Below are positions 29,077 to 39,096 of a stretch of DNA of 64,000 nt, piece by piece (within the stretch, counting starts at the first letter, position 1; every line of letters begins with the position of its first letter). Position numbers and translations under genes: made by a program. This DNA is from an uncultured archaeon (GTDB lineage Archaea; Thermoproteota; Nitrososphaeria_A; Caldarchaeales; Calditenuaceae), in assembly GCA_938017985.1 (NCBI GenBank), contig CALIKS010000004.1, positions 54,692 through 118,691 of the forward strand. Direction: 5' to 3'. The notes below the pieces were generated by a model that was not told the DNA's origin, made no database searches, and saw only the letters and a program-made list of their open reading frames with translations.

Positions 29077-30384
29077 CTATGGCCAGACGCCCAGCGTCTT
29101 TAGGGCGAGTCCCACCCTATCAACAGCCAGACAGAGTGCTGCTGAACGCATATCCACTTCGAACCGCTTAGTGTAAGCTAGAGTGTCCTTAAATGCAGCT
29201 ACGAGTTTATTTTCGAGCTTAGATAATACTTCACTCCTACTCCACTTTTCTCTCTTCAGGTTTTGCACCCACTCGAAATAGCTTGTGGTTACGCCGCCAG
29301 CATTTGCTAAAACATCAGGCACAATAAAGACTTCTTTCTCTCTTAGTATTTTATCAGCCTCTGGTGTTGTCGGCCCGTTCGCTCCTTCTGATATTATTTT
29401 TGCCTTTATAGAATCTGCGTTATCTTTGTTGATAGCACGCTCCAGGGCAGCTGGAATCAGGATATCAACGTTAAGTCCTAGTAGTTCTTCATTCGTGATT
29501 GTTTTTGAGCCTGGGAATCCAACTACGCTGCCAGTCTTCTTCTTGTATTCAAGTAGTGCTGAAACATTTATTCCATCTGGCTTGTATATTCCTCCTTTAG
29601 AATCACTTGCAGCGACTATTTTTCCTCCCCACTCTGCCAAGTATTTGGCGGCATAGTATCCAACATTTCCATATCCTTGAATTGCAATGGTGAGGTTAGA
29701 CATATTGAGTCCTAGGTGTTTGACTGCCTCCCTGGCGCCTAGTGCCGTGCCGAACCCTGTAGCTTCTTCCCTGCCCTCGCTTCCTCCTAGATATACGGGC
29801 TTGCCAGTAACTACTTCAGGTGTTAGGTATCCCTTGAGCTGACTGTACGTATCCATTATCCACGCCATTACCTGCGCATCTGTATAGACGTCTGGAGCCG
29901 GTATATCCACATAGGGACCAATGATATCATAAATCATGTAGGTATATCTGCGCGTCAGGCGTTCAAGCTCGCTTTTTGAAAGAACCTTAGGATTACATGC
30001 GACGCCTCCTTTAGCGCCTCCGTATGGAAGATCAACAACAGCACACTTATAGGTCATGAGCATTGCCAGCGCGACTACTTCGTCTAGGTCGACGTTTGGG
30101 TGATATCTTATTCCGCCCTTGTAAGGGCCTCTCGCATTGTTGTGCTGGACTCTGTAACCCATGAAGACCTTGACTTCGCCATTATCCATCCTGACTGGAA
30201 TCGAGACAGTCAGCGTCCTCTTGGGGACCCTTAGTACTTCATAGACATCATCGCCGGCGTTGGTTATCTCGACTGCCTCCTTAACTTGTCTTAGAACCAT
30301 TTCAAGAAACGCCGCGCCTCCTTTGGACTCGTTCCCGATAGAGGATGATTGAGACATATCTGCGCCTACTACTATGCGGCTCAA
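29077..30384 (-). CDS. gdhA: glutamate dehydrogenase
   Basis: GGAKGGV, QGYGNVG and KGG..RYHP motifs. 435 aa; the start is possibly an internal Met. Confidence 0.9.
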   Translation of the reverse strand: MSRIVVGADMSQSSSIGNESKGGAAFLEMVLRQVKEAVEITNAGDDVYEVLRVPKRTLTVSIPVRMDNGEVKVFMGYRVQHNNARGPYKGGIRYHPNVDLDEVVALAMLMTYKCAVVDLPYGGAKGGVACNPKVLSKSELERLTRRYTYMIYDIIGPYVDIPAPDVYTDAQVMAWIMDTYSQLKGYLTPEVVTGKPVYLGGSEGREEATGFGTALGAREAVKHLGLNMSNLTIAIQGYGNVGYYAAKYLAEWGGKIVAASDSKGGIYKPDGINVSALLEYKKKTGSVVGFPGSKTITNEELLGLNVDILIPAALERAINKDNADSIKAKIISEGANGPTTPEADKILREKEVFIVPDVLANAGGVTTSYFEWVQNLKREKWSRSEVLSKLENKLVAAFKDTLAYTKRFEVDMRSAALCLAVDRVGLALKTLGVWP

Positions 30385-30548
30385 TAATAAAAAGGTTTTT
30401 TGCCAAAATATAGTCTGAGAATTAATAAGTCGTAATCTAAAAATGCATACTTATTAATTTAAATCTATGCATATGTATTAATGATTATTAAAGATATTTA
30501 GTCTGGAAAACAATATACTTCGGTAAGGCATCGTCAAGGTGAAGTATT

Positions 30549-31151
30549 TTGGGAAGAGAAGTCGTATTTGAGGGAAATAAATTCCTAGTATTAACTTGGG
30601 ATGACATCATGGAGCATGTAGAGTCACTAGCAAGAAACATTAAGGAAAGCTATGTCTTTGACGCAATAATAGGCATACTTAGGGGAGGACTATTCGTGGC
30701 AAATTTATTATCAGACATACTGGGCATAGACGAGGTACACCCCCTAGGCATAAGAAGCTACACAGACATAGAGCACAGGGGAGAAGTAAAGATATATCAC
30801 TGGCCCAGCCTTCCATCGATGATCAATAAAAAATTGCTTATCGTCGACGATGTGTCAGATGAGGGAAAAACACTAAAAGCGGCGGTTGAAAATGTTGTAA
30901 AACCACTCGGGGCATCAGGAGTAAGGACAGCGGTCCTTCACGTAAAGCCTTGGACAAGCTTTATGCCAGACTATCATGTGGTGACAACTTCCTGCTGGAT
31001 ACTGTATCCATGGAGTAGGTATGAGAGCGCCAGGCATCTAGGTAAAAGATTGGTTCAAAAAATGGGCGTTGAGGGTGCCTCACGAGCCCTTTCAACTCTC
31101 CTTAACCTTGACTATGAAAAGGTATGCACAATACTTAGAGAGTCTCACTAA
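30549..31151 (+). CDS. type I phosphoribosyltransferase (purine PRTase-like)
   Basis: PRPP-binding motif LLIVDDVSDEGKTL. 200 aa. Confidence 0.7.
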   Translation: MGREVVFEGNKFLVLTWDDIMEHVESLARNIKESYVFDAIIGILRGGLFVANLLSDILGIDEVHPLGIRSYTDIEHRGEVKIYHWPSLPSMINKKLLIVDDVSDEGKTLKAAVENVVKPLGASGVRTAVLHVKPWTSFMPDYHVVTTSCWILYPWSRYESARHLGKRLVQKMGVEGASRALSTLLNLDYEKVCTILRESH

Positions 31152-31224
31152 AAACTATTTCTCTCCGCATCTCTATTTGCTTTTTACGTTAATATCAAGC
31201 CGAGTAATAAAAATATAATACAGA

Positions 31225-32532
31225 ATGGCAAGGGTTTACGTCGAGAGCTACGGATGTTCAGCAAACCTCCAAGACTCGCAGATAATTATGGGACTGTTAT
31301 TAAATGCTGGACACAAATTAGTATCGAATCCAAACGACGCAGACATTTTACTCATCAATACTTGCATAGTGAAGACTCCTACCGAGCATAGGATGATTTA
31401 TAGGATTAAACAACTAAGCACCCTGGAAAGACCACTCATAGTCGCAGGATGCATGGCTAAGGCGGAGCCCGATGTTGTAAGTAAGTTAAATCCAAGAGCC
31501 AGCCTGATTGGCCCAAACTCAATTGAAAGAGTAACACAAGTAGTGGAACAAGCAATTAAGGGAATGAAAAGTATAGTGCTCGATGATTTACCATCTGATA
31601 AGCCAAGCCTACCCCATGTAAGAATTAACCCAATCATAGAGATCGTAGAGATAAGTACAGGTTGTCTTTTAAACTGCACATTCTGTCAGACAAAATTAGC
31701 GAGAGGCTCACTAAGAAGCTACAGTCCAGCCTTAATCAGGAGGCAGATAGAATGCGCTGTAAAAGATGGATGTAAAGAGATTTGGCTTACGTCTCAAGAC
31801 AACTCTGCATATGGAATAGATATAGGGACAAACATAGCTGAGCTATTGTCAAGCATCTGTAGACACATCACTGGAGATTATTTCATCAGGGTAGGCATGA
31901 TGAATCCGCTCCATCTCAAAAGAAAAATACTGAGAGAAGTAATAGATTCCTACAGCGATCAACGTGTATTCAAGTTTTTACACTTATGTGTGCAGAGTGG
32001 AAGTGACAAAGTGTTAAGAGACATGAGGAGAGGATATACAGTAAGTGACTTTTATGAATGCATAAAAAAATTCCGAGAATCATATCCCGACATAACCTTA
32101 ATGACAGACATAATAGTCGGGTACCCGACCGAAGATGAATCAGACTTCGAAGAATCAATAAAATTGATTATGAACGTGAAACCTGACTTCGTGAATATAT
32201 CTAGGTTTTATCCACGTCCAAATACAGATGCGGCAAGACTCGTGCCCTTACCGGCAAAGATACTAAACGAGAGGAGCAGAATAATGACTGAGATATGTAG
32301 GAAAATTGCACTCGAGAATAGCGAAAAGTGGCTAGGATGGGAGGGGCCAGCAATAATAGATGAGATAGGAAAACATGGCGAATTGATCGCTAGGAACAAG
32401 AACTATCGACCAATAATCATTAACAATGGTGAAAAATCATTGTTTGGAAGAACAGTCATTGTCGAGGTAACAGAATCTAGACCATACTGCTTGATCGGAA
32501 GGGTAAAATCAATACTTACGGAGACTAATTAA
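31225..32532 (+). CDS. radical-SAM methylthiotransferase, MiaB/MtaB (e-MtaB) family
   Basis: N-terminal MTTase domain (YGCSAN), radical SAM CLLNCTFC (CxxxCxxC) and a C-terminal TRAM domain. Confidence 0.8.
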   Translation: MARVYVESYGCSANLQDSQIIMGLLLNAGHKLVSNPNDADILLINTCIVKTPTEHRMIYRIKQLSTLERPLIVAGCMAKAEPDVVSKLNPRASLIGPNSIERVTQVVEQAIKGMKSIVLDDLPSDKPSLPHVRINPIIEIVEISTGCLLNCTFCQTKLARGSLRSYSPALIRRQIECAVKDGCKEIWLTSQDNSAYGIDIGTNIAELLSSICRHITGDYFIRVGMMNPLHLKRKILREVIDSYSDQRVFKFLHLCVQSGSDKVLRDMRRGYTVSDFYECIKKFRESYPDITLMTDIIVGYPTEDESDFEESIKLIMNVKPDFVNISRFYPRPNTDAARLVPLPAKILNERSRIMTEICRKIALENSEKWLGWEGPAIIDEIGKHGELIARNKNYRPIIINNGEKSLFGRTVIVEVTESRPYCLIGRVKSILTETN

Positions 32533-33019
32533 TGTAAGAAGTATTCTCGGAGTCAAATTCCCTTACAACCTCGAATCCGTCGCCGAATTCGTTAGAATTA
32601 ATTGTAGCTATTTCTGGGAATACTTTAAGTGTCTCTTCATTTGCGACTCGAAATGCTGGATGATCGGCACCGATTGTTTCCCTTGTTAAATTTCTCACCA
32701 GTATCCTAACTGCTTCCTCATTGAGAATTCCTAAGGAATGAAGATATTCGTGTAGAAGAACCGTAAAGATGTATCCATTTATTTCTCTTTTTGATCTATT
32801 AAGTTTTTGCAAGGCCTTTAACACTCGTCTATTTAAAACGATAGCATTAGATCCAACTTCGTGATATGCAAGTATAAATGAGGGAATCTCGCTAAGGATA
32901 AGCATAAGTCCAGCGCGTCTTAGTCCCAATTTTTCCTCGACAAGATTTTTAACAAGTCTAAATATCTCATCGAATCCATCAGCCTCGTCCAGCCTCTTAC
33001 TTATATGCTGAATGCCCAT
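32525..33019 (-). CDS. hypothetical protein with HExxH motif
   Basis: 164 aa. HEYLHSLG is the only recognisable motif, suggesting a minimal zincin-like fold. No Cys-rich tail, so not archaemetzincin. Confidence 0.35.
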   Translation of the reverse strand: MGIQHISKRLDEADGFDEIFRLVKNLVEEKLGLRRAGLMLILSEIPSFILAYHEVGSNAIVLNRRVLKALQKLNRSKREINGYIFTVLLHEYLHSLGILNEEAVRILVRNLTRETIGADHPAFRVANEETLKVFPEIATINSNEFGDGFEVVREFDSENTSYIN

Positions 33020-33138
33020 TCTAATAATGCTAATAATTTCTTTAATATAAAAACTCGAAGATTCTATCCAGTATTGTTTATCTTTGCTAATTAATCGTCT
33101 CGGAGAATATATATTAGAGATTTATACATTTTGAAAGG

Positions 33139-33444
33139 GTGGTTGGGAACCCTGAAGGTGATGTGGGGTTGTCAGTTAGTGGGTGGGAGCAGAAAAGACA
33201 GCAAATCGCTCAGATACTCGAATCCATCTCAAATGATACGAGCACTCCGAGGAATATTAGAAGAGTGGCTAAATCAGCGGCTGAGGAACTATTCAACGAG
33301 AAGTACTCACCACCCGTGAGAGCCGCCAATGCCATAGAGATGATAGAGGAAATAATATCTGACACTAATATTCCAACATTTACTAGAACTCAGCTATGGC
33401 TCGCTATCTCTCTGCTCGAGACGATCAAGTCAGGACAAGTATGA
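33139..33444 (+). CDS. conserved archaeal small protein (UPF0147-like)
   Basis: 101 aa helical protein; resemblance to UPF0147 is from memory. Confidence 0.4.
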   Translation: MVGNPEGDVGLSVSGWEQKRQQIAQILESISNDTSTPRNIRRVAKSAAEELFNEKYSPPVRAANAIEMIEEIISDTNIPTFTRTQLWLAISLLETIKSGQV

Positions 33445-33528
33445 AGATACGTCTAGAGACCGCTGGACCAAGATAAGATACATAATGATTACTGTGAATC
33501 ATCAATTTCAAAAATTATTCATATTCTA

Positions 33529-34344
33529 TTAGGCAGATTTTTCCTCTGAGGGTCTAGTTTCCTTCTCGTACTCCTCAACGTATACGACCTTCTCTATACC
33601 CGGTATAAGCTCTATCAATTCGCGAGCGACGACTTGCTTCAACATCTGGAGTCCTGACGAGAGGTAAATATCCCTTGGCAGACTTATTATCACTTTTGGT
33701 TTTTCAATTACTATGGACGTATTTTCCTCGGTAGATTCAGGTATCCTTGAATGAAGTAAGGCATAGATTTTTTCTTTCTCATCAGTAATGATTTTTCTAA
33801 CCCATAAATCGCAAATTAAGGTCTTACCGGCCAAATAATGATTGAAATCTACTTGGACTCTCCCTGAACCGATACTCCTAATGTATCCCTCCCTGCCATT
33901 TATAATGACTTTTGAACCGACACCAATTGGCTGCTCCAGATCCTTAAATTTTCTTAGTGGTATAACCTTTACTTTAGATGGATCGCGCTCACCGAATGCT
34001 TTTTCTGGAGGTATTTCAAATGTTTTGTAGCCGTTGACAGGCATGCCTACCAGCTCGTCCTCAATGGCTTTCAGTACGAATCCCCTTCCAACGATAGTTA
34101 GTCTAGGCTCGTAAGTCCTCGTCGTATCTGTAATGCCGGCTTTTTTAGCCTCATCTTCTAAGGATGTATCCACCAACTCGCCTGTCTCCTTAGTCTTAAT
34201 GACGTAATCAATCATGACGAAACTATTAGTACTAACAGTCTCAGGTACTGGTTGCTCCTGAACTTTCTCTTCCTCGCCCTCTTCCTTGTCTGTAACCATG
34301 AATATTGGAGAGATAATCGATGCTTTAAATATTAATCCAGACAA
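33529..34344 (-). CDS. FKBP-type peptidyl-prolyl cis-trans isomerase (long archaeal type)
   Basis: FKBP core with an inserted IF/flap region, preceded by an acidic N-terminal tail. Confidence 0.75.
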   Translation of the reverse strand: MSGLIFKASIISPIFMVTDKEEGEEEKVQEQPVPETVSTNSFVMIDYVIKTKETGELVDTSLEDEAKKAGITDTTRTYEPRLTIVGRGFVLKAIEDELVGMPVNGYKTFEIPPEKAFGERDPSKVKVIPLRKFKDLEQPIGVGSKVIINGREGYIRSIGSGRVQVDFNHYLAGKTLICDLWVRKIITDEKEKIYALLHSRIPESTEENTSIVIEKPKVIISLPRDIYLSSGLQMLKQVVARELIELIPGIEKVVYVEEYEKETRPSEEKSA

Positions 34345-34477
34345 ATCAGACAGACTGGCACCACATCAAAATTACAATAAAAAAAGGCCAAGAAAACAAG
34401 CTCAACGATTTAGATTAGCTACTAAAAGCCCTAAGAAATAAAAATTTATTACTCAAAGTAATGCATAGAGGATTTGA

Positions 34478-34586
34478 AGCCCGGTCGTCTAGCGGTCAAT
34501 CCTGGCCAGAAAGGGGACTACGGATGCGGGGCTTTGGATCACTGAGAAGAGACCCCGTGACGCCGGTTCGAATCCGGCCCGGGCTA
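34478..34586 (+). tRNA. tRNA-Gln (anticodon UUG) with two introns
   Basis: Hand-folded cloverleaf: acceptor AGCCCGG/CCGGGCT (A1-U72), U8, D stem GTCT/GGAT, anticodon stem CGGGG/CCCCG with loop CTTTGGA, T arm GCCGG-TTCGAAT-CCGGC, discriminator A. A 14-nt insert sits at the canonical 37/38 position (34539-34552). About 21-23 extra nt lie in the D-loop region (34491-34521). Confidence 0.6.
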
Positions 34587-34814
34587 TAACTCTTCCCTAA
34601 TTATGCAAGAATTATTTTTTCGACATGTTTGTCAATAATTCAACAGAAACAACAACTATCTCCCTTTAGCTATGATTAAACTGATGGTTATTGTTTTAAT
34701 TAAATTTTCTAGGCTGTCTTTTTGTTCTGATAACAATTAATTTCACTGAAAATTATAATATACCTTCTATGAAAAATTTAAAAATTATTTATAAGGGTTG
34801 TATAGAATAAATTC

Positions 34815-35816
34815 GTGATGAAAAGGATAGGTTTCGCCGTCATAGGTCTGGGCTGGTTCGGTGAAAAACACGTCCACGTTCTGTCAGAGCTTCCAAATGT
34901 TGAATTAGTGGCGGTATGTTCACGTACTGAGTCGAGGTCTAAGGAAATTGCTAATAAATATGGTGCTAAGAGATGGTATACGGACTGGAGTAAGGTCGTT
35001 AATGACCCCGAAGTAGAAGCAGTTAGTGTAGTAACGCATGTTCCGGAACATAAGGAGCCAGTGATACTTGCAGCAGAGGCTGGAAAACATGTTTTAGTAG
35101 AGAAACCAATAGCTGGCAACCTAAAGGATGCCGACGAAATGATAGCAGCCACCGAGAAAAATAAAGTACACTTCATGGTGGGGCACATCCTTAGGTTCGA
35201 GAACCGCTATGCCCAGGCAAAAGAGGTCATAGATCGGGGAGCCATTGGAAAAATAGTCTCAATATACGCTAGGAGAAATATTCCAGCTGTATTCGCCGCG
35301 CCTCACCTCAGGTATGGCTCACCAATACTTTTAGACGCTATTCATGATACGGACATCATTTTGTGGTACTTGAAGGACAGAGTAGTAAGTGTCTATGCTA
35401 CTTGGCTAAATGTCCGCGGCTCGCCTAACCCAGAAATAACTTGGTCAGTGTATAATTTCTCTGCTGGGACTAAAGGAGTTTGTGAAAGTCTCTGGTTCCT
35501 TCCAGACAATACTGCCTTCGCAATAGATGCAAAAATGGAAATTCTCGGGAATGAGGGTGCGATTTACATAGATTGCGGAGACTCGGGCTTAGAGGTCAAT
35601 GATAAGAAGGGTGTTAAGAAATACGATACAATGCACTGGCCAATAATCCATGGAGAGATAGTAGGAGCACTGAAGGAAGAAATCAGCTATTTTGTAAAAT
35701 GTATAATGAATGATAAAAAACCCAGCGTGGTAACTCCTGCTGAGGCTCGACACGCATTAGAGATCGTTTTAGCTGCAGAAGAATCTGCAAGGACAGGAAA
35801 AGTAATCACTCTATAA
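34815..35816 (+). CDS. Gfo/Idh/MocA-family NAD(P)-dependent oxidoreductase
   Basis: N-terminal Rossmann fold (IGFAVIGLGWFGEKH) and the EKP motif. 333 aa. Confidence 0.85.
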   Translation: MMKRIGFAVIGLGWFGEKHVHVLSELPNVELVAVCSRTESRSKEIANKYGAKRWYTDWSKVVNDPEVEAVSVVTHVPEHKEPVILAAEAGKHVLVEKPIAGNLKDADEMIAATEKNKVHFMVGHILRFENRYAQAKEVIDRGAIGKIVSIYARRNIPAVFAAPHLRYGSPILLDAIHDTDIILWYLKDRVVSVYATWLNVRGSPNPEITWSVYNFSAGTKGVCESLWFLPDNTAFAIDAKMEILGNEGAIYIDCGDSGLEVNDKKGVKKYDTMHWPIIHGEIVGALKEEISYFVKCIMNDKKPSVVTPAEARHALEIVLAAEESARTGKVITL

Positions 35817-35834
35817 AAAATTAATTAATATTTT

Positions 35835-36698
35835 TTATGTAATCCCCTCAATTATTTTTAGTAATTTTTCTTTTGTGTCCTTTAGGTTCATCATAAGCTC
35901 TTTATCGTAAAATATTTCAGGTAGAATATATCCATCCCAACCTATGCTTTTCAATTTTTGCAAAACTTTTTCATAATCAATAGTGCCCATTCCGATTGGT
36001 AAATGATAAGGATAAGTACCATCATTGTCTGTTGCATGGATGCATTCGCAAAGCTTATCCTTTAGCTCTTCAATATAGACTATCGGAGATAAATAAACGT
36101 TGGCATTAGCGATGTCTAGGTATGCTTTGACATTATCCGAGTTAACCTCATCAACTACCTGGCGCATCTCGCCGGGCAAGTTTATAAAATTACTAACTAC
36201 CGTATTTTCAACTCCTAAGGTCACTCCTACGTCTTCTGCATGTTTTGCACATTCTTTCAAACTTTTAATTAGACTTGACCAGTATTGTTTATATGAATAG
36301 TTTGACTTCATGAAGTTTGGTTCGTCGATTTTTCCTGGTACGACAACTACTGTCGAGGCTCCAAGCTCGGAGGCTAGATTCATGTTTAATTTATACCATT
36401 CAACTGCTCTAGTTCTCTCAGAATCTGATTGAGAAGCTAAGTTAAACTCAAATATGAATGTCTGCCAGTCCTTTGATGTAAAGGGTATTGGACATGTTGA
36501 TACTGCCTTTATTCTAAACGAGTCGAGTTTAGACAATATCTCTGAAATTTGCGTCTTATTCATGTATTCGGGCCAAAAATGATTCTTATCAATCCATAAT
36601 TCTATGCATCTTAATCCTAAATCTCTTGCTATTTTCAAGCAATCTTCGAAATTGTATCCGACCTTTACGAGCGTACCCATTTGGAGAGCGACTTCCAT
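35835..36698 (-). CDS. sugar phosphate isomerase/epimerase (xylose isomerase-like TIM barrel)
   Basis: GVEN and H...IGMGTID metal-ligand motifs of the AP-endonuclease-2/xylose-isomerase-like TIM barrel. Confidence 0.8.
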   Translation of the reverse strand: MEVALQMGTLVKVGYNFEDCLKIARDLGLRCIELWIDKNHFWPEYMNKTQISEILSKLDSFRIKAVSTCPIPFTSKDWQTFIFEFNLASQSDSERTRAVEWYKLNMNLASELGASTVVVVPGKIDEPNFMKSNYSYKQYWSSLIKSLKECAKHAEDVGVTLGVENTVVSNFINLPGEMRQVVDEVNSDNVKAYLDIANANVYLSPIVYIEELKDKLCECIHATDNDGTYPYHLPIGMGTIDYEKVLQKLKSIGWDGYILPEIFYDKELMMNLKDTKEKLLKIIEGIT

Positions 36699-36915
36699 TC
36701 CGTATACTCGTTCATTAGTACGTAAATCCTAGGATAGAAGTTTTTCGCGTAAATCATGCTAAAAGAGAATGATTATTCTCAAAAATCTATTTTAGCGTGT
36801 TTACGTGGTTGAGTCAGCTTTCTTAAAATATTTAGAAGAAGGCTAAATTAAAGCAATTGTTTTAGGTTTAAATATGACTTTAAGTTTTTGGAATAGATAG
36901 TAGGCTAGATTAAAC

Positions 36916-37998
36916 ATGGCCAGTAAAGTTATAATTAAAGATTTAACAAAGCGTTTCGGCAGCACGATTGCTGTTAACAAATTAAATCTAGAAATTAAGG
37001 CAGGCGAGTTTGTTTGCTTCTTGGGACCGTCAGGATGCGGTAAGACTACTACTCTTAGATGCATTGCTGGTTTAGAAAGACAGGATGAAGGCGATATTTA
37101 CATTGATGACGAGCTTGTAAACGATTTACCACCATCAGAAAGAGACATTGCAATGGTATTCCAATTTCCAGTAGTTTATCCCGCGACGACTGTTAGAGAT
37201 AATTTAGAATTTCCACTGAAGCAAAGGAAACTTTCTCGAGGCGAAATCAAAGAAAGAGTTAATGAAATTGCTAAGATACTAAGGATAGAACATATTCTGA
37301 ATAGAATCGCTACTGATCTAAACATTGGTGAAAAGCAAAGAGTAGCGATTGGTAGAGCCCTCATTAGGCGTCCAAAGGTCCTCTTACTAGATGAGGCCCT
37401 AACGAATCTTGACACTGAGATGAAGCTCTCAATGATAGCTGAGCTTAAAAGAATTCATGAAGAGTTTAATCAGACTATTGTCTACGTTACCCATGATCAG
37501 TCAGAGGCATTAATGATGGCAGATAAAATAGCTGTGATGAATCTTGGCGTCTTGCAGCAATACGATACTCCAGAACAGCTATATTCATCTCCGAAAAATC
37601 TTTTTGTGGCTGGGTTTATTGGGAGCCCACCGATGAACCTCATCAATGTAAATTACAATAAAGAAAAAGAGACTATAGAGATAAATAACATTTCCATTGA
37701 TTTTTCAAAATATAGCGATTTAATCAGAGAAAAGGCTTCTTCAGATACACTTGTCTTAGGATTTAGGCCTGAATATGTATCAATACATAAAAAATGTGGG
37801 AGGAAGGATCATTTGATGGGAGAAGTAGAGATAGTTGAGCTGCTCGAAGATCGTCTATCACTCGACATAAGAGTAGTAGATCAAATAGTTAAGGCAGTTA
37901 TTCCATCAAATTATCAGGTGAACATCGGTGACGAAGTATGCATCGAGCTTAACAAGTTCCATCTCTTTGATGAAAAATCAGGAGAAACTATAATGTAG
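36916..37998 (+). CDS. ABC transporter ATP-binding protein (MalK-like), degenerate signature motif
   Basis: Walker A GPSGCGKTT, Q-loop VFQ, Walker B LLLDEAL and H-loop VTHDQ are intact. The signature reads LNIGEKQRVA instead of LSGGQRQRVA. A C-terminal MalK-like regulatory domain is present. Confidence 0.9.
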   Translation: MASKVIIKDLTKRFGSTIAVNKLNLEIKAGEFVCFLGPSGCGKTTTLRCIAGLERQDEGDIYIDDELVNDLPPSERDIAMVFQFPVVYPATTVRDNLEFPLKQRKLSRGEIKERVNEIAKILRIEHILNRIATDLNIGEKQRVAIGRALIRRPKVLLLDEALTNLDTEMKLSMIAELKRIHEEFNQTIVYVTHDQSEALMMADKIAVMNLGVLQQYDTPEQLYSSPKNLFVAGFIGSPPMNLINVNYNKEKETIEINNISIDFSKYSDLIREKASSDTLVLGFRPEYVSIHKKCGRKDHLMGEVEIVELLEDRLSLDIRVVDQIVKAVIPSNYQVNIGDEVCIELNKFHLFDEKSGETIM

Positions 37999-38008
37999 GT
38001 GAGTCATT

Positions 38009-39088
38009 ATGCCTGAAATTTATCTTGAAAATGTTGTTAAACATTATGGAAAACATGTGGCAATAAATAATCTAACATTAAAAGTGAATGATAAGGAATT
38101 CCTTGGACTTCTCGGTCCTCCTGGAGCTGGGAAAAGCACAATTCTAAAATTAATAGCTGGTATAGAAAAGCCCGATAGTGGAAATATATACATAGACGGG
38201 AGACTTGTAAATGATGTACCCCCAATAGAAAGAGACGTTTCAATGATGTTTGAGACTCTTGCATTATATCCACATTTATCAGTTTATGAAAATTTAGCGT
38301 TTCCACTCAGAAAACTAAATCTAAATGAGGATGAAATAAGATTAAGAATTCGCGAGACAGCTGAACTACTTCGCATAGATCATTTGTTAGATAGAAAGCC
38401 AGCACAGCTTAGTGGAGGTGAGAGACAGAGAGTAGCGCTAGGCAGGGCATTAGTTAAAAGATCTAAGATATTATTATTAGACGAGCCTTTAGGCCACTTA
38501 GACGCTAAGCTCAGAGTTTATGCTAGGGTCGAGATTAGGAAGATCCAAAAAATGCTAGGACAGACAGCTATAATGTCTACTTTTAGTGTATTTGATGCCG
38601 CAACAATATCAGACAGGGTTGCAATAATTAACAACGGTGAGATTCTTCAAGTAGATAGTCCTAAAAATATATTTGATAGACCCAGAAATATATTTGTGGC
38701 GAAATGTGTCAGTTCACTTCCATTAAATCTTATTTCATGCAAAATAGATAAAAGACAAGATAAAATTTTCCTTGTTTCTCAGAAATTTGAACTTGACGTA
38801 ACAGGATTATCCACATATTTATCAGACAGAATCGGTGATGATGTAATACTTGGCATGAGGCCATCAGTAATAACGATAAAAAACTCTCCTCCTGGAATTG
38901 AGTCCATAGTGGATGCGATTGAGCCAATGGGGTCTGAGAACATTCTAAAGGTTAATGCCGGAGGCGTTGATATGTTTATTAAAGCTCCGTCATCTACATT
39001 TTACAGAAGAGGAGAAAAAATCTGGACAGAACCCATGCTTGACAAAATATATATATTCAACAAAAATGAAGAATTAATCTATCCTTAA
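38009..39088 (+). CDS. ABC transporter ATP-binding protein (MalK-like), degenerate Q- and H-loops
   Basis: Walker A GPPGAGKST, canonical signature LSGGERQRVALGRAL and Walker B LLLDEPL. The Q-loop reads MMFETLAL (Q to E) and the H-loop region is STFSVFD (His absent). Confidence 0.85.
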   Translation: MPEIYLENVVKHYGKHVAINNLTLKVNDKEFLGLLGPPGAGKSTILKLIAGIEKPDSGNIYIDGRLVNDVPPIERDVSMMFETLALYPHLSVYENLAFPLRKLNLNEDEIRLRIRETAELLRIDHLLDRKPAQLSGGERQRVALGRALVKRSKILLLDEPLGHLDAKLRVYARVEIRKIQKMLGQTAIMSTFSVFDAATISDRVAIINNGEILQVDSPKNIFDRPRNIFVAKCVSSLPLNLISCKIDKRQDKIFLVSQKFELDVTGLSTYLSDRIGDDVILGMRPSVITIKNSPPGIESIVDAIEPMGSENILKVNAGGVDMFIKAPSSTFYRRGEKIWTEPMLDKIYIFNKNEELIYP

Positions 39089-39096
39089 ATTTTTAT

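Noticed and set aside
34587-34814. 228-bp gene-free stretch downstream of tRNA-Gln, examined as a possible integration site/att repeat or C/D-box sRNA
   Set aside because: No direct repeat of the tRNA 3' end was found by eye and no integrase lies nearby. The ATGATTA and CTGA elements do not form a canonical k-turn pair. Probably promoter and spacer only.
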